From: Eledone cirrhosa
Taxonomy: Eukaryota
Direction of reading: 5' to 3'
Assembly: GCA_964016885.1 (NCBI GenBank)
Contig: OZ024741.1
Coordinates: 268,274,001 to 268,338,000, forward strand
Length of the DNA: 64,000 nt
Below the pieces are notes generated by a model that worked only from the letters and a program-made list of their open reading frames with translations, did not search any database and had not been told where the DNA came from. How positions within the stretch are numbered: position 1 is the first letter of the stretch; every line of letters begins with the position of its first letter. The position numbers and the translations under genes are program-made. Positions 25,492 to 38,984 of the stretch are shown one piece after another.

Positions 25492-26726
25492 ATATATATA
25501 TATATATATATATTACTGTTTACTCAGGGAGGTAAGGAGGTAACAACTGAAGAACTGTCTGTGACCCTTTCCAGGGTTTTTCGAGACATCCAGGAAGAAA
25601 GCATGTTTGAATTGGACACTTTGAATCCTTTGAATCCTTTGAACAGAGGTGATGGTACAAACTCCTTGGAACTCTTTCGATACCAAACCACCTGAATCTA
25701 CCCCTGATTCTATGATTCTAAGCTGTATATTTTAAAGTGTTTTTATTCATCAAAAATCTTTTATCATAGTTTTATCTAAAAACCTTTGTTAAGTTATGTT
25801 CCAAACATCAACACTGTTTAACATCTATTTTCCATGCTTGCATAGGTTAGATGGATTGTCATATTATGAGGTTAGCCAGGTCAGGTCATGTAACCATATC
25901 TTGCTCATACAGATCTTTTGGGAGCTTGGTTTCTATGGCTAGATGCCCTTCTTAACACCGATCAGGTGTTTTTTTTATCATGGTATTAGCTTGACCACTT
26001 AACAGGGTGGGCTGGGTGCTTTTGTTGTAATGGCACCAGCACTATCCCTGTGCAGAGTGGACTGGGTGACTTTTGTCATTGCAACAGCACTGTGGGAAAG
26101 CAGGTGTGAAGTATGTTCAGCTTTCCATGCATGTATGGGTTGGACAGGAGAGGTGTATCATGTATGTGGAAGGCAGAGCAAGGAGTAGGCTTACATCCTC
26201 ATCATTGTTAAACATCTACTTCCCCCACCCTCCTGGGCAGAGAGGCTGTCATGTTCTAAGACAAGGCTGGACAGGAGACCACAGTTAGATCATACATCCT
26301 GTGAAACCACATCTAGTTCATAGACCCTGTTTTTGTTTTGCCATGTTGGCATAGGTTGGTGGAGGGGAGTGTATTTGCTTGTATGTGTCTACGCGGACCT
26401 GGGTGTGGATATGCATGTATGTGCATGGCTGCGTGTGTATGTATTTGTGTGCATGTGCAGGGATAGTCACGACATACAAGGGTATGAAATGGACGCATGT
26501 ATATGTGTGTGTGTGTGTATGTGCATGTATACAGGCTTGTGCATATGTAAGTATGTGGGTGTGTGTATATGCACGTATATATTTCTGTGTGGGGGGGGGG
26601 CCTGTGGGCATATGAGCGTGTATGTATGTACATGTGTCTGTCTGTGTGTGCATCTGTGGGTTGTATGTATGCACGGATGTATGCAGGTGTGTACACCTAA
26701 ACCTGTGCAAGAGTGCCCGTAAGGAC

Positions 26727-26762
<36 letters not shown>

Positions 26763-26907
26763 GCACAATTGTGAGTATCTGTAACTGTATGCATGGGTGT
26801 CTATGTGCATGTGTGTGCGTATATATATATGGGTGCATATATGTATGTGTGTGTATATATATATATGAGTAGGCTTGAATGTGTGCTTGTGTATGCAGGG
26901 GTATATA

Positions 26908-26954
<47 letters not shown>

Positions 26955-26971
26955 GTATGTGTATGTGTACA

Positions 26972-27010
<39 letters not shown>

Positions 27011-27480
27011 GTATGTGTATGTGTACATGTGTGTGTATATCTGTGTATACATGTACCTATGTATGAGGGTGTGAATATATGTATGTGTAAGTGTGTGGGC
27101 ACATGTGTACCCGTACATGCGGGTATGTGTGTGTACATGTCTGGACAAATATGTATGTGATCGGGAGTTCTGAGTGTCTGTGTGCGTGCACATGTATGTG
27201 TGGGTGAGTGTATTTCGAGGTACAAGCAAGCTCGGGGCATTCAAGACAGATTACAACCCCCTGCCCATATAGTAGTAATTCTGGTGGCAGAATTAAGGTG
27301 AGTGATAGCTTACGCCTGAATGGAAATAGTCAGTGGGCAGTTTTGACTGGTCAAAAATACAGATGACGACTCGAATTCTTGACCAATGGATGGGCTGTGT
27401 AAGCAGGATAATTATAGATGGGAGAAACTCAAAGGGACAGAATAGCATCAGACGGAAGATTTGCCTCAAAGTCGCTAGAC

Positions 27481-27569
27481 GTATCTGAGGAATTTGCGAA
27501 TCCAGAGTCAGGTTCAATCCATAAATAGATCGTACCACGAGCTGTTCGCCAGAGAAACAATTGTAATAC
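27481..27569 (+). ncRNA. Type I hammerhead ribozyme with extended stem II (family E)
   Basis: gtat CTGAGGA [~60 nt, gcgaa/ttcgc] GAAAC aatt GTA atac; palindromic stem III ACAATTGT. Confidence 0.75.
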
Positions 27570-29112
27570 TTTAATAAATTGTGTTTCGATGCATCACTGA
27601 TTCTTCATTTTCTATAATATTATACTCTGCTCTGAAGAAGCATAGAGTGCTCAACTGCCTATGGATACATCCAAGCAACCTTACTACAAATATATATATA
27701 ATGGTCTAGTGACTTTTTGGACACCCTGTATATATATTTCTGGGTTTTTGCAATCATTGGGTCTCAGGTACAATCACATTATGTGGAATCTTGGGCAAGT
27801 ATCATTTACTATATCCTTGTATCGACCCATACCTGGGTGGTGGTGGTAGTGTTTGGGGTGGGTCAAATTGGGTTGATGGAAACTTTTGGAAGCCGTAGGA
27901 TGTGCTGCACTTGTAATTAAAAAGCCCTGTGTTACGCTGAATCTTCCAGAGAATACATTAAGGGTTACAGTGTCTGTGGACTGCTCAGCCACTTACACGT
28001 TAATTTCATGAGCAAGCTTGTTCTGTTGATCATTCTTGAACATTCATCGTCGAAACCGACGGGAGTTCATCCCATTTCAGAGTCTAAACGACCATGTAGC
28101 TTCTATTGTGGGGTTTCATTCCGAACCACTGAGTCAGTCTTTATATACTATGTATCTTATACAAACACCAAGGATTAAAGAAGCCTTTTATACATTTTTT
28201 TTTCGTCCACTTTAGCATCCCAGCATGCAATTCAAAGATAATGTCGTGTTACGCACGCGCACATGTGAATAGCCTTGAATTTGTTCACAATTATCTTTGT
28301 ATAGACTGACATTTGGAGAGAGAAATAGATAGATAGATAGATAGATACAAATATGGAGAGGAAGGGAGACAGAGATCTACCATAAGTGAACCGAAATAAT
28401 GGTGTTATTTGTATTCTGAGATTAAAAAATGAAAGTAGGTCAAAAGGTGTATTGTGTTGAGAGGTAATCCAATTTTCAATGTAAGCTAAACAACATTCCT
28501 TATATTAAAGCATTGCTTAATCGTTGAAATGACAGTGGAATTAGAACGTACTGCCTTGTCCTTCTCCTCCCAATAAAATCTTGTTAGCTGGAAGAGACAA
28601 TATAATGCGCCAGATGTTTATTGTTACAGATGTCATAACAGTGGGAAAAAAAGTCATAGAAAAGAAAAAGTCACAATTATAGCTAGAAAAATAAAATGAC
28701 ACATTTCGTTTAAATATCTTAATAGTATTTCATAACCAATTAATCATTTCTTAACTAATTAATGACATTATACCTATCTAAAAAATAAAATATTCTATTA
28801 ATTTAAAAGAGAAATAAACAAAATATATACACTAAATCTATTAACATTTTTATTGTCCCTTCCCCCCTCCCCCGGGATTCTAACCATGACAATCCCGTGT
28901 TTTTAGTAGTTTTTCCACTTTTATTATATTACATAATGTGTCCGCTTCGATTTTAAAGCAGTATAGTGTAATTTGAGGGAGATTTGGTTGCTATCTCCAG
29001 CAAGTCGGAGCAGGCTATTGTTGCTATTTTTGTAGATTGGGTGAACATGTTGATCACCCCTTTGGCTCGTTAATAATTCTGGTGTTTGGTGTGGATGTGG
29101 TTTTGGTGACAG

Positions 29113-29424
29113 TGTGTGATGAAAGTGAAAATAATAAAACATGAGCAAGAATTCTCGGCCATCGCTACCCCCAATGATACGAGCACACACAGTGTGGGAA
29201 AACACTCTTTGGGGTGCAGAACGCCAAGCGCAGGTCTCCTTGCTGTCCCGGTGAATAGAATGGAGAAAGCGTTAACTCGAAGGTTAATGAGCGAGACGCG
29301 TTGTAATAGGCTTTCTAACTCGATGGGGGCTCTGCAGTCAATAGAAGTGGTTCGAAAGCCAAGAGAGCCAGAGGTTTCAACCGCCACAGGTTCAACGACC
29401 TCCAGATCAACAATGACTGAGTAG
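29113..29424 (+). CDS. Candidate host terminal coding exon (Ser/Thr-rich C-terminal tail); product unknown
   Basis: Unique, GC/CpG-enriched ~100-codon frame after a possible acceptor ggttttggtgacag; ends ..STATGSTTSRSTMTE*; no TE motifs recognised. Confidence 0.4.
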   Translation, partial: CVMKVKIIKHEQEFSAIATPNDTSTHSVGKHSLGCRTPSAGLLAVPVNRMEKALTRRLMSETRCNRLSNSMGALQSIEVVRKPREPEVSTATGSTTSRSTMTE

Positions 29425-30869
29425 ACATATGGCCAAAGACGTTCCAGCCATGTACATAAGACATTGTGCAATGGGACCTACAATTGTTTAAAGACAGTAG
29501 TGTGTGATTTGAAGAAGATTTGGCTGCTAAACTAGCAGATCGAAGGATCATGTAGAAGCTCCCTCGTTAGCTCGTAACAGTGGGCTTCTGTTGTTGTTAT
29601 TTAATCACGTCAATTGTGATGGACAGGCCTATGATTTAACCCTTTAGCATTTAAAGCGGCTGTATCCGGCCAGAATTCTAGCGGCCTAGCTAGTTTGTGC
29701 TCCCCGCCACCACCACAACCACCACCAGAGATGTCCTTAAACTTACCACCATTTTCATGAAAAGCACTATACGATGCACGACAAAAGTGCCGCCTGGGAT
29801 GGATCTCGCCTGATCACGCTACAGGATTTAAAGCATTGCAAATATGATCACTTTGATTTTTTTAAAGGTCATTTAGGAGAACTACATTATCTAATACGCC
29901 ATGACCTTATATAAATCAATAGAGTACGATTTGAGGGAAATTTTGGTACTATTTTTAACAGGTGGAGTGACTACTTAGAGTCTCTCGTTAGCTCCTGACA
30001 AAGTGCTTGCGGTAGTATGGTATAGTGTAAGTACAATAATCTCGGGGGCGGTACCAGCACGAATCTAATGAAGCGTTTTTGCAAATATCACTCCGTCAAA
30101 TGATCAAACTATTTATATATTGACGCTGAATTTGCTGAAGCAGAACAAATCTGTTAGTGACACTTAACCATAACAATAGATACTTTCTGCTGTATAGTGT
30201 CATCCATAGTAATCATATTTTTTTGTTTTTTTAACACAACACTGTATACTGGTAATAGTAAGGCTGTCCCTACTACTATGGAACACCGTATTAAAAACAA
30301 CAATCAAATCTTAACAAAAGAAATGGATACATTTGTTAATGTAAGTTCGTTCCACCTGAAATACAGGATAATCACAACTTACTTGTGACTGGTAATGCAC
30401 AATGTAATATGGTGGTAGTGCTATGCTGAATACAGTGTGGTGTGGTGATGTTATATATGTAGTACAGTGTAGCATGGTGGCAGGGTGATATATATGTAGT
30501 ACAGTGTGGTATGGTGCTTGTGGTAGTACAATGTTGTACGGTAGTGGTGGTAGTGTGATATATATATATATGCAGTACAGTGTGGTATGGTATGTTGGTG
30601 CTGGTGGTAGTACAGTTTTGTGTAGTGATGGTGGTGATAGTGTGATATATATATATGCAGTACAGTGTGGTATGGTATACTAGTGATGGTGGTAGTTGTG
30701 TTATATATGTATATAGTGTGGTGTAGTGGTGGTGTGGTATCTATATATACAGTGTGATATGGTGGTGGTGGTAGTAGTGTGGTATCAATCTATCATCTCC
30801 CTAACTCTTACCTTATCCCAATATATCCATCTTGTCAACTTTCCTTATGAACATTTAGTTGTAAGTTGA

Positions 30870-31110
30870 TGGTTCTTCTTCTTCTTTGCTCTTGCTCGGT
30901 GAGACTGGAATCATCCTAGGTCAATAATCCCAGAGGCATCATCATGCATAGAGCAGACCAGGTCCACCAGTTCCCTCCATCACTGGCAGTCCTGTCTCAG
31001 TCCCTCTGTATCCTCCAAGATGACATCGAGCCTCTGGAGATCTTCCTTAATCACATTCAGCCATCTGGTGAAGGGCCTACTGTGGGAATTCTTCTAGCCC
31101 ACTTCTAATA
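30870..31110 (-). mobile_element. RTE-like LINE 3' fragment of a different family, with (GAA)n tail
   Basis: Minus translation RPFTRWLNVIKEDLQRL..WRELV; a comparable (GAA)-tailed 3' end at 60890-61140. Confidence 0.6.
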
Positions 31111-31347
31111 AATATTGCTTGTACAGGTAATCAAAGTGTCTATATATGTTTTGGGAACACCCTAAATATGTAGGCCTCAGACAAAACTAAACAAAACAAT
31201 CATTGCAAAAAGTTGATGATCGTTAGTCTAAATTGCATAGAATAAGATCAACTGCAGTCTTCTGACACATGAAACCCATCTGGACAAGAATAATCAGTAC
31301 TCCCATAAAGTTACACCTGTATAACACCATCATTATACTACCAATAA

Positions 31348-33092
31348 CACTGTGTAACATATTTTTTGTTCCCCGGTTCTAAGTGTCATTTCATGGTTTG
31401 TTATATCCCATTATTATAAAAAAAACATTATTATTTAATCAGAAGTTTGGGTTTGTGGTCAAGAGTTTGATATTTCGAAATTTTCATATTTTTCAAGAAA
31501 AAACACATTTAAAAAATATTTATCAATTCATATAATTAAATCAACAGAGTATATATTTATTTTATTACACAAGCTTATCAAAAGCAAACAAGTAAAAACA
31601 AATAACACCTATAAAGCAACTTATACATGTCAGAAATGACTGGATTTCCTGGATTTGCAGTTGTAGTCCAGGTCGCATTCCCGCACTAGCCCCCAGATAT
31701 AGTCCCCCATCATTTTTTCATTGTAGTGGCCCTGGTACCTTCGCTCTATCTCTTTCACATCTTGGTGGAATCGTTCGCCTTGTTCTTCTGAGTAGGCGCC
31801 CATATTGTCCTTGAATTTTTCCAGGTGAGCATCCAGCATATGGAGTTTAAGCGACATCCAGCATCCCATGACGTCAAAAGCCTTTATCAGATCCTGCACC
31901 AGTTGCAGGTAGTTTTCAGCTCTGTAGTTGCCCAGGAAGCCCTTAACAACTGCCTTGAAACAGTTCCATGCTGTTCTCTCAATCCTATTGAGCTTATTGG
32001 AGAACTCGGTAGACTCAAACACCTTCTTTATCTGAGGTCCAACAAAAATTCCACCTTTGATTTTGGTCTCAGATAACTTGGGGAAGAACTCAAGAAGGTA
32101 CTTAAAAGTGGCTGATTCTTGGTTGAGAGCCTTCACAAACTGCTTCATCAACCCCAACTTAATGTGCAGTGGCGGCATGAGCACAATCCTGGGATCAAAC
32201 AGTGGGTCCCACATGACGTTCCGGGTCCCAACTACAAATTCTGTTCGCTGCTCCCAGTTCTTTCTTTTGTAGTGGTCAGAGGTGGCTCTGCTGTCCCAAA
32301 GGCAGAGGAAGCATTGGAATTTGGTAAAGCCTCCTTGGAGTCCAAGCAGGAAAGCCACCATCTTGAAGTCTCCAATGATTTCCCAATTGTACTGGTTGTA
32401 TTGCAAAGCTTCCAAGAGGACTTTCACACTGTAGTAATCTTCCTTCAGGCACACTGAATGAGCTAGGGGCAGTGTCGGGAACTTGTTTCCATTGTGGAGG
32501 AGGACAGCCTTCAAACTTGTGGTGGAGCTGTCTATAAATAGCCGCCACTCCTTGGGCACAAATGGCACCGCAATAACGTCAAACAGTCCAGGCACGTCAT
32601 GGCAGAAGCAGAGGCCATCCCTAAGAGTGTAAAAGCCTGAGAAAGGTTTGTGTTGACTTCTCTGACTTGTCACCTGCACTTCCTCCTTGACCAAGCTCCA
32701 CTGCTTCATCCTGGAGACGAATGCTTAAAACACAACTTACCCTTTATTCATGGTGCGAAAATCCAGTATCAATAAATCTCTTTAATCCACTTTTTAACAA
32801 TTTTATACTTTATTGCACTTTTATAATTTTCTTTAGGTATTACTCTTTATTTTATAATTTTAATTTAACGTGAAACATATATAAAAAAATCATTTAACAT
32901 AAGCAAATTAAACTTACATACAACATAAAATCCAGCATACAAATAATTCTAGTGAATAGCTTAGAATTTTTACAAACCCAAACTTTTAACTGTTTAATAG
33001 CACTTTTTTTTTTATTTATTTGGGACCTAAGCAACACAAAAAAAGTGATAACAAGCCAGGAACAGGTAAAAAAAAATGTTCGTTACACGGTG
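31348..33092 (-). mobile_element. Chapaev3-type (CMC superfamily) DNA transposon, internally deleted
   Basis: Termini CACTGTGTAAC / GTTACACGGTG, 3-bp TSD TAA (31345-47, 33093-95), subterminal inverted 14-mer aagtttgggtttgt/acaaacccaaactt, transposase ORF inside. Confidence 0.85.
31630..32709 (-). CDS. Chapaev3-like DDE transposase, catalytic portion (N-terminus missing)
   Basis: EWRLFIDSS..LKAVLLHNGN..IIGDFK..CFLCLWDSRA..PPLHIKLGLMKQFVKAL..SEEQGERFHQD; 359 codons without a stop. Confidence 0.85.
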   Translation of the reverse strand: MKQWSLVKEEVQVTSQRSQHKPFSGFYTLRDGLCFCHDVPGLFDVIAVPFVPKEWRLFIDSSTTSLKAVLLHNGNKFPTLPLAHSVCLKEDYYSVKVLLEALQYNQYNWEIIGDFKMVAFLLGLQGGFTKFQCFLCLWDSRATSDHYKRKNWEQRTEFVVGTRNVMWDPLFDPRIVLMPPLHIKLGLMKQFVKALNQESATFKYLLEFFPKLSETKIKGGIFVGPQIKKVFESTEFSNKLNRIERTAWNCFKAVVKGFLGNYRAENYLQLVQDLIKAFDVMGCWMSLKLHMLDAHLEKFKDNMGAYSEEQGERFHQDVKEIERRYQGHYNEKMMGDYIWGLVRECDLDYNCKSRKSSHF

Positions 33093-33369
33093 TAATCAGT
33101 ATTGCTATAAAGATACACCTGTAGACCATTAGCTGCAAACTTATGAAGAACAAACTGTGATTGCATATTCTGTTAACTCTCCATTCACTGCAGACTTGAT
33201 ATTTAACTATGCAGGAGAAAAATTCCCATAAAGCATTGTAAAATAAACTTTACTCTGAAGATAGTTTTCCCTTATGTCTGACAATGTTTATTCTTCAGTA
33301 AATAATAATCTAATAATTCACAGTTTATTATCAACTTTATTATTTATATAGTTTAACTAAATCGGTGAT

Positions 33370-34500
33370 TGGTGACCCTGAGAAGAAAAGAGCTTGTAAT
33401 CATGACAACTGAAAGCTCTGTTGCACTGAAACTGCCCTAGTTCTGGCCCCTACAAAAAAACAGAAGTATGGTTCACACAAGATGAGGTCTAGTTTACAAT
33501 AAAAGACATCACTCCAGATCTGACCATGTCCTTGTATGTGACAGCAGTGCTAGATGAAGAAACTGCAACCAGAGTATTAGACATTTTAATCAAACCACCA
33601 GCTGATAATAAATAGGAACCATTAAAGAATAGACACATTGAAACATTCAGAATGAGTGAACATGAGGCAGCAGCTAAAATATTAGATACCAATGGATTAG
33701 ATATGAATTTTAGTACTCCCTGGTGTGACACCTGGTTTTCTGTTAAAGGAGGTACTCCTGTGACAATTCCCCACCCCCAATTCAGTCATTCATAATTCAT
33801 ACTGAGCTCAAAGACCCATGGAAGTTAGCAAAAGTAGCAGGCAAGCATTGCAATGAACACCATGAGGTCAACCCCAAGACATAGTAAGGTCACACAAAGT
33901 GACATTTGTTCCTATGATAAGAAATTTGGAGCAAAAGCTACCAAGTGCAGTGAGCCATGCAGCTTCAAGAACTCTTCACCATTGACTTTGGAAACCTCTA
34001 GTGCCAATTGCCAATAAACAGTCTGGTGGCTGGCAAACAAAATTAACTGCTCCTGCGTGTCTACAATCGGATCTCCAGACAAAGATTCCTAATTCACACA
34101 TGAGCAGAAGTGAGTGTCATCCAAGCATCTTCAAAAGACCTTCATTACAGAGAATAGGGTCAACCTTCGGCAGCTGCCAATGGTTCTAAAATCAAAGCTT
34201 ACAGACACCAGACTCTCTTTCTCTCACTCTCCACATAGGCTCACAAGAATATACATGAACATTTGCCATTGCTGATGTCCATCAGTCTATCATTGAAGCA
34301 GACATCTTTCAGGCCCACTCACTGCTGGGGTTGATCTTCAGGGGAGACAACTTGTCAATAGCAACACATGCCCCTCTTTCTCTGGCAACATTTGCACATG
34401 CAGATCCTCACATATTAGCTGTCTCTGAGACCACGAATGAGTTCTCAGACCTCCTTGTGAACCACCTCAAACTCACTACCCTGACATTCTCTCAACCCAC
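33370..34500 (+). mobile_element. Decayed Ty3/Gypsy LTR retrotransposon 5' part (PBS, gag, protease)
   Basis: PBS-like TGGTGACCC; gag-like VALKLP*FWP..WF..LDILIKPPADNK*EPLK; protease-like RFLIHT*AEVSVI and ADVHQSIIEAD. Confidence 0.75.
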
Positions 34501-34596
34501 AATATATATATATATATACTCTTTTATTCTTTTACCTGTTTCAGCCATCCGGCTGAGGCCATGCTGGGGCACCGCCCTATATATATATATATATAC

Positions 34597-34631
<35 letters not shown>

Positions 34632-34714
34632 GGAGGTGAGTTTTATTGTAGCACAATAAAGCAATGCAAATATTGGATAAGTAGCACTCAACAGTTTATA
34701 GGACTGGAGTATAA

Positions 34715-34923
34715 ATAATATAAAATCAAAAGATGGTTAAAAGAGTTCCATGTATTTTATTATGCACATTTCAAAAACAAATATCATCATGGGATGATAT
34801 TTGCATTCTCATCAGATAAAATAGGGAGACATAATGAGAATGTAAATATCATCCCATGATGATATTTGTTTTTGAAATGTGCTTAATAAAATACATGGAA
34901 CTCTTTTAACCATCTTTTGATTT

Positions 34924-34931
<8 letters not shown>
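34715..34931. repeat. Fold-back palindrome (~98-bp arms, 21-bp spacer) of HHR family D'
   Basis: Arms differ at only a few positions; the right arm begins at ATGA of the CUGAUGA core; flanked by (TA)n. Confidence 0.92.
34755..34821 (-). ncRNA. Type I hammerhead ribozyme (family D')
   Basis: ttttat CTGATGA gaatg-caaatatcatc-ccat-gatgatatttg-ttttt GAAA tgtgca TA ataaaa. Confidence 0.8.
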
Positions 34932-34997
<66 letters not shown>

Positions 34998-35242
34998 TAC
35001 ATATATATATACATATATATATAAATATAATTTTCAAACATATTTTATTATTTGTTTGACCCGAATAGCTTGGTCGTTTCTATGGCTCTGCGGTTAATGG
35101 TTTAACCGTCATCTCAGTGTCTTTGGCCTTTTAACGTATGTTGATGCTCTAGTTCACTCGTTTCTACGGAGCGCTTGCCACACATCTCCGAAGTTGTTTT
35201 TTGCTAATTTCCAACAGCCGAAATGCGATTCTCGCTAATTTA

Positions 35243-35301
<59 letters not shown>

Positions 35302-35330
35302 CAGGAAAGAAGGTTGACATGGTTTGCTAT

Positions 35331-37560
35331 ATCATCATCATCATCATCATCAACGTTTAACGTCCGTGTTCCACGCTTGCATGGGTTTGGACGGGGGTAG
35401 TCCCACTTGAGGCAAGAGTGATTGTCTTGCTCGCATAGGACTGTCTGGCAGGTTTTCTACAGTTGGATGCCCTTCCTAACACCAACCACATTTACAGTGT
35501 GGGGCTGGGAGGTTTTTACCGTGTTGCCTACACGGCCACATTACAGCGTGGACTGTGTGTTTTTTTTGTCGTGACACCTACACGATCTCATTTGTTTCGG
35601 CCTGGATGGCGCGGCACCAACATAACTTTACATAGAACGGTGCGGTGTGGATGGGGTGGGGGTGGTGGTGGTGGGACGGAGTGTATTTTGTTAGAGATGC
35701 CTACTGGCTGGAGTAGGTTTTACTATATATTTAGGTAAGGCGGGTCTTCTCTGTTACTGAGTACCGCCAAAGGTCTCGGTCCAGTGACATTGTCTTGGAG
35801 AGGTGTAAGTGTGTGATGTCGGAGTTTATCAGCTCGTCCCAGGTTTTTCTAGGTCTGCCTATTCCGTGACTACCGTCTATCTTTATTGCCCTGCACTTTT
35901 TTATACAGCTATCGACTTTCATGCACATCACGTGTCCATACCAATGTAGCCTTCTCTCGAGTAAACAACATCTGATCCCTCTTATCTCTAATTTTTTCCT
36001 TAGTTCGTTTATGCTTTGCCGTTCACGTATATTACTGTTACACATCCAGCGGAGCATGCAAGCTTCGTTCCTCTCTAGTCTGCGTATATCCTCTGCACAC
36101 AATGCCCAGGTCTCACTGCCATGCAGCATTGCTGTTCGTATGCAGGCATCGTACAACCTGCCTTTCATTTTTAGGGAGAACCCTTTAGCAGCTAATAGTG
36201 GTATAAGCTCTCTGAACTTTTTCCAACCAGTTCTGACTCTAGCTACAGTACTTTCAGAGCACCCTCCCCCACTGCTGATTTTATCGCCCAGGTAACGGAA
36301 GCTGTCCACTATTTCTATAGAACCCTCTGCGCAATTGAAAGAGCTAGTATTTAGTGGGCACTTGCTGCTACTTATTGCACCAGAACACCGGCCACATGTA
36401 AAATCTATGTTCTTAGTTAGCTTACCTGTGATCCCACTACATCTTTTATGCACCCATACTTTGCATTTAGGACATAAAATGGAGTTTCTACCTACGCCTT
36501 TCCTACACACCGAGCACGACCATTTCCCAGAAGGGACCGCCGCCTTATTTTCTTTCCTACAAACTAGAACCTACGCCTTTCCTACACACCGAGCACGACC
36601 ATTTCCCAGAAGGGACCGCCGCCTTGTTTTCTTTCCTACAAACTAGAACTTTGGTCTTAGCCAGGTTAATTTTAAGTCCTTTTGACTCTAGGCCGTGCTT
36701 CCATGTTTGGAATTTCTTCTCTAGCTCGGCCATTGATTCCGCTATGAGTTTCAGGTCGTCTGCGTATAGGAGTTCCCATGGGCAGCCTGTCTTGAACTCC
36801 TCTGTTATAGCCTGAAGGGCAATAATAAATAGTAGGGGGCTGAGAACAGAGCCCTGATGGACGCCAACTTTTACGCTAAACTCTTCACTATATTCGTTGT
36901 TAATTCTAACCTTGCTGACTGTTTCTTTATACATGGCTTGTATAGGCCTCACAAGCCATTCGTCAACGCCTAGTTTTCTAAGAGTCCACCAGATAATGGA
37001 GCGGGGGACTCTGTCGAAGGCTTTCTCCAAGTCGACAAAAGCTAAGTAGAGGGGTTTACCTTTAGCTAGGTACTTCTCCTGTAGTTGTCGTACTATGAAA
37101 AGAGCGTCTGGTACTTTTGCCTGACACAAACCCGAACTGCATTTCATCTAGGTCAATTCTCTCTCTGATTAGTTGCGCTATTACTTTTTCCGTGACCTTC
37201 ATGACCTGGTCGATTAATTTAATGCCTCTATAGTTACTCCTATCTAGGGCGTCTCCTTTACCCTTATAACAGTTAACGATGATGCTGCTATGCCAGTCCT
37301 TCGGAACAACCCCATTCTGTACGACTTGGTTAACTATGCGGGTGACCATGGTGTGTCCCACCGTGCCAGATGCCTTCAGCATCTCAGCAACTATTTCCGA
37401 AGGCCCAGCCGCCTTACCCGTCTTCATATCCTTGATTGCCTTACTTATTATACTCCCCTCGACTAACACTGCTGGTCCCTCTATTGGGTCGATATGGGGG
37501 AGACTGTCTTTCCCCCATTTAGTAGCCTTTCGTAGTGACACTTCCAAGCTACCTTCTTAT
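35331..37560 (-). mobile_element. 5'-truncated RTE LINE with long 3' UTR, frameshifted, with a 79-bp internal tandem duplication
   Basis: ORFs 37062-37547, 36557-37147, 35731-36510; duplication at 36491-36649; (CAT)n tail. Confidence 0.95.
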
Positions 37561-37561
37561 C

Positions 37562-37592
<31 letters not shown>

Positions 37593-38855
37593 TGTGTATA
37601 TATAAATGTCCAGAAACATATACACAATACATTTCCTATATCAATCATGTTGCTCTCAATAAGAAGTTTGCTTTCCAATCACAAGTTCTTGTCATGACTG
37701 GCAACTCACCTTACCGAGGTGTCAGGTGATGCCTATGAAGGTGCTTGGTTGTTCCAGCGCCTTAGCCTCAGCTCTGGCACCCCTTATGATGTGTGAGCAA
37801 TTGACACACATTCCTACTTAGTGTTGAATAAATATTTTCTTTCATTTTGATTATATATTTTTGTGTGAAATTATGTAATTAAGTACGATCTATATTGTTT
37901 GTGTGTATATTTTCATTCTGTAAGGATTATAAATAATTTGTAATATTATTTATACAATTGTGAATTTAACTCAATCTTGTATTATCAGAGAATAAATAAA
38001 AATTATCATCACAATTTCCTGTCCCCATGAGTATATTATAAATGAAGAAATCCTTTGAAGCTCCAACTCCCAACCATTGTGATGTATTTTGGAAGATTTC
38101 AATTAGCTAGACGCATGCTATGGCTCCCAGACATTAGACATGCAAAGGGGACAATTTGTTGATCCCCACCAGAGGGGAAACAGAAGAGAGAAAGGGCTAA
38201 GAAGACCTGTTTGTGAGGATTTGCGGGAAGGGGTGGGATGGACATCAGCTCTGAAGATATAAAAAAATCATTTCAGACCTGCCAACATCTAAAAACCCAA
38301 ACGGGAGATATTTCATAATGAAATCTATACCCATTTTCACAAGAGAAGACATCTCTCACCCACCCCAAAGTGAGTGGGAGATCTCCTCCGTCGGGGTGGG
38401 GGTGGGGGAGTTGACTGGTATATCATTTGAACAGGCAGAATCTTGTCTAAGTAGGTGTTGGCATTTATGAATTAAATTATAGTGTAATACACAACTCTTT
38501 GAACTGTAAGATTAACCATTTCAGTTAACATACAACATGAACTGACAAAATGGTCAATGCACTGGAGGATGCGAGGGAGAAAGCCAGTGTTTAGTGGTTT
38601 TCTTACCGGAATTTGAATCATAAAGCTTAACCGTTATAATTATACGTCATAAGTCATGTGCCTATGACGTGTAAGGAAGCCATAATTTCAGGCAAAGTAA
38701 GAAAGAATTGCACAATACATAGTAAAATGCATATGCTTACAATAGAGGAAAACACAATATTCCTGATGATGAGACCGTGAAATTCTTAAAACATCGATTA
38801 CCTTATAAACTGAGGAAAATTCGTGACATTTCTAATAAAGAAAATAGCAGATGGG

Positions 38856-38891
<36 letters not shown>

Positions 38892-38984
38892 CCAAAGATT
38901 AATATGGTTCGTTGATTACTCAACGAATACAGTTTTACAATAGATTAGAAGCACTCAACAAAAAAAGTTTTCCTTGAGTTTTTA

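Noticed and set aside
25520-25700. MFELDTLNPLNPLNR resembles the end of a PLE GIY-YIG domain
   Set aside because: Too short and degenerate to call with confidence.
26313-27244. Many overlapping YI/HT/VC-rich ORFs (also 40016-41757 and 52461-54241)
   Set aside because: Translations of (TA)n/(CA)n microsatellites.
35140-35240. Possible decayed ribozyme (..ccGAAAtgcgaTTC) between TA tracts
   Set aside because: CUGANGA box and stems not recoverable by eye.
38763-38810. CTGATGA followed by GAAA
   Set aside because: No convincing stem I or stem II pairing; not called as a hammerhead.
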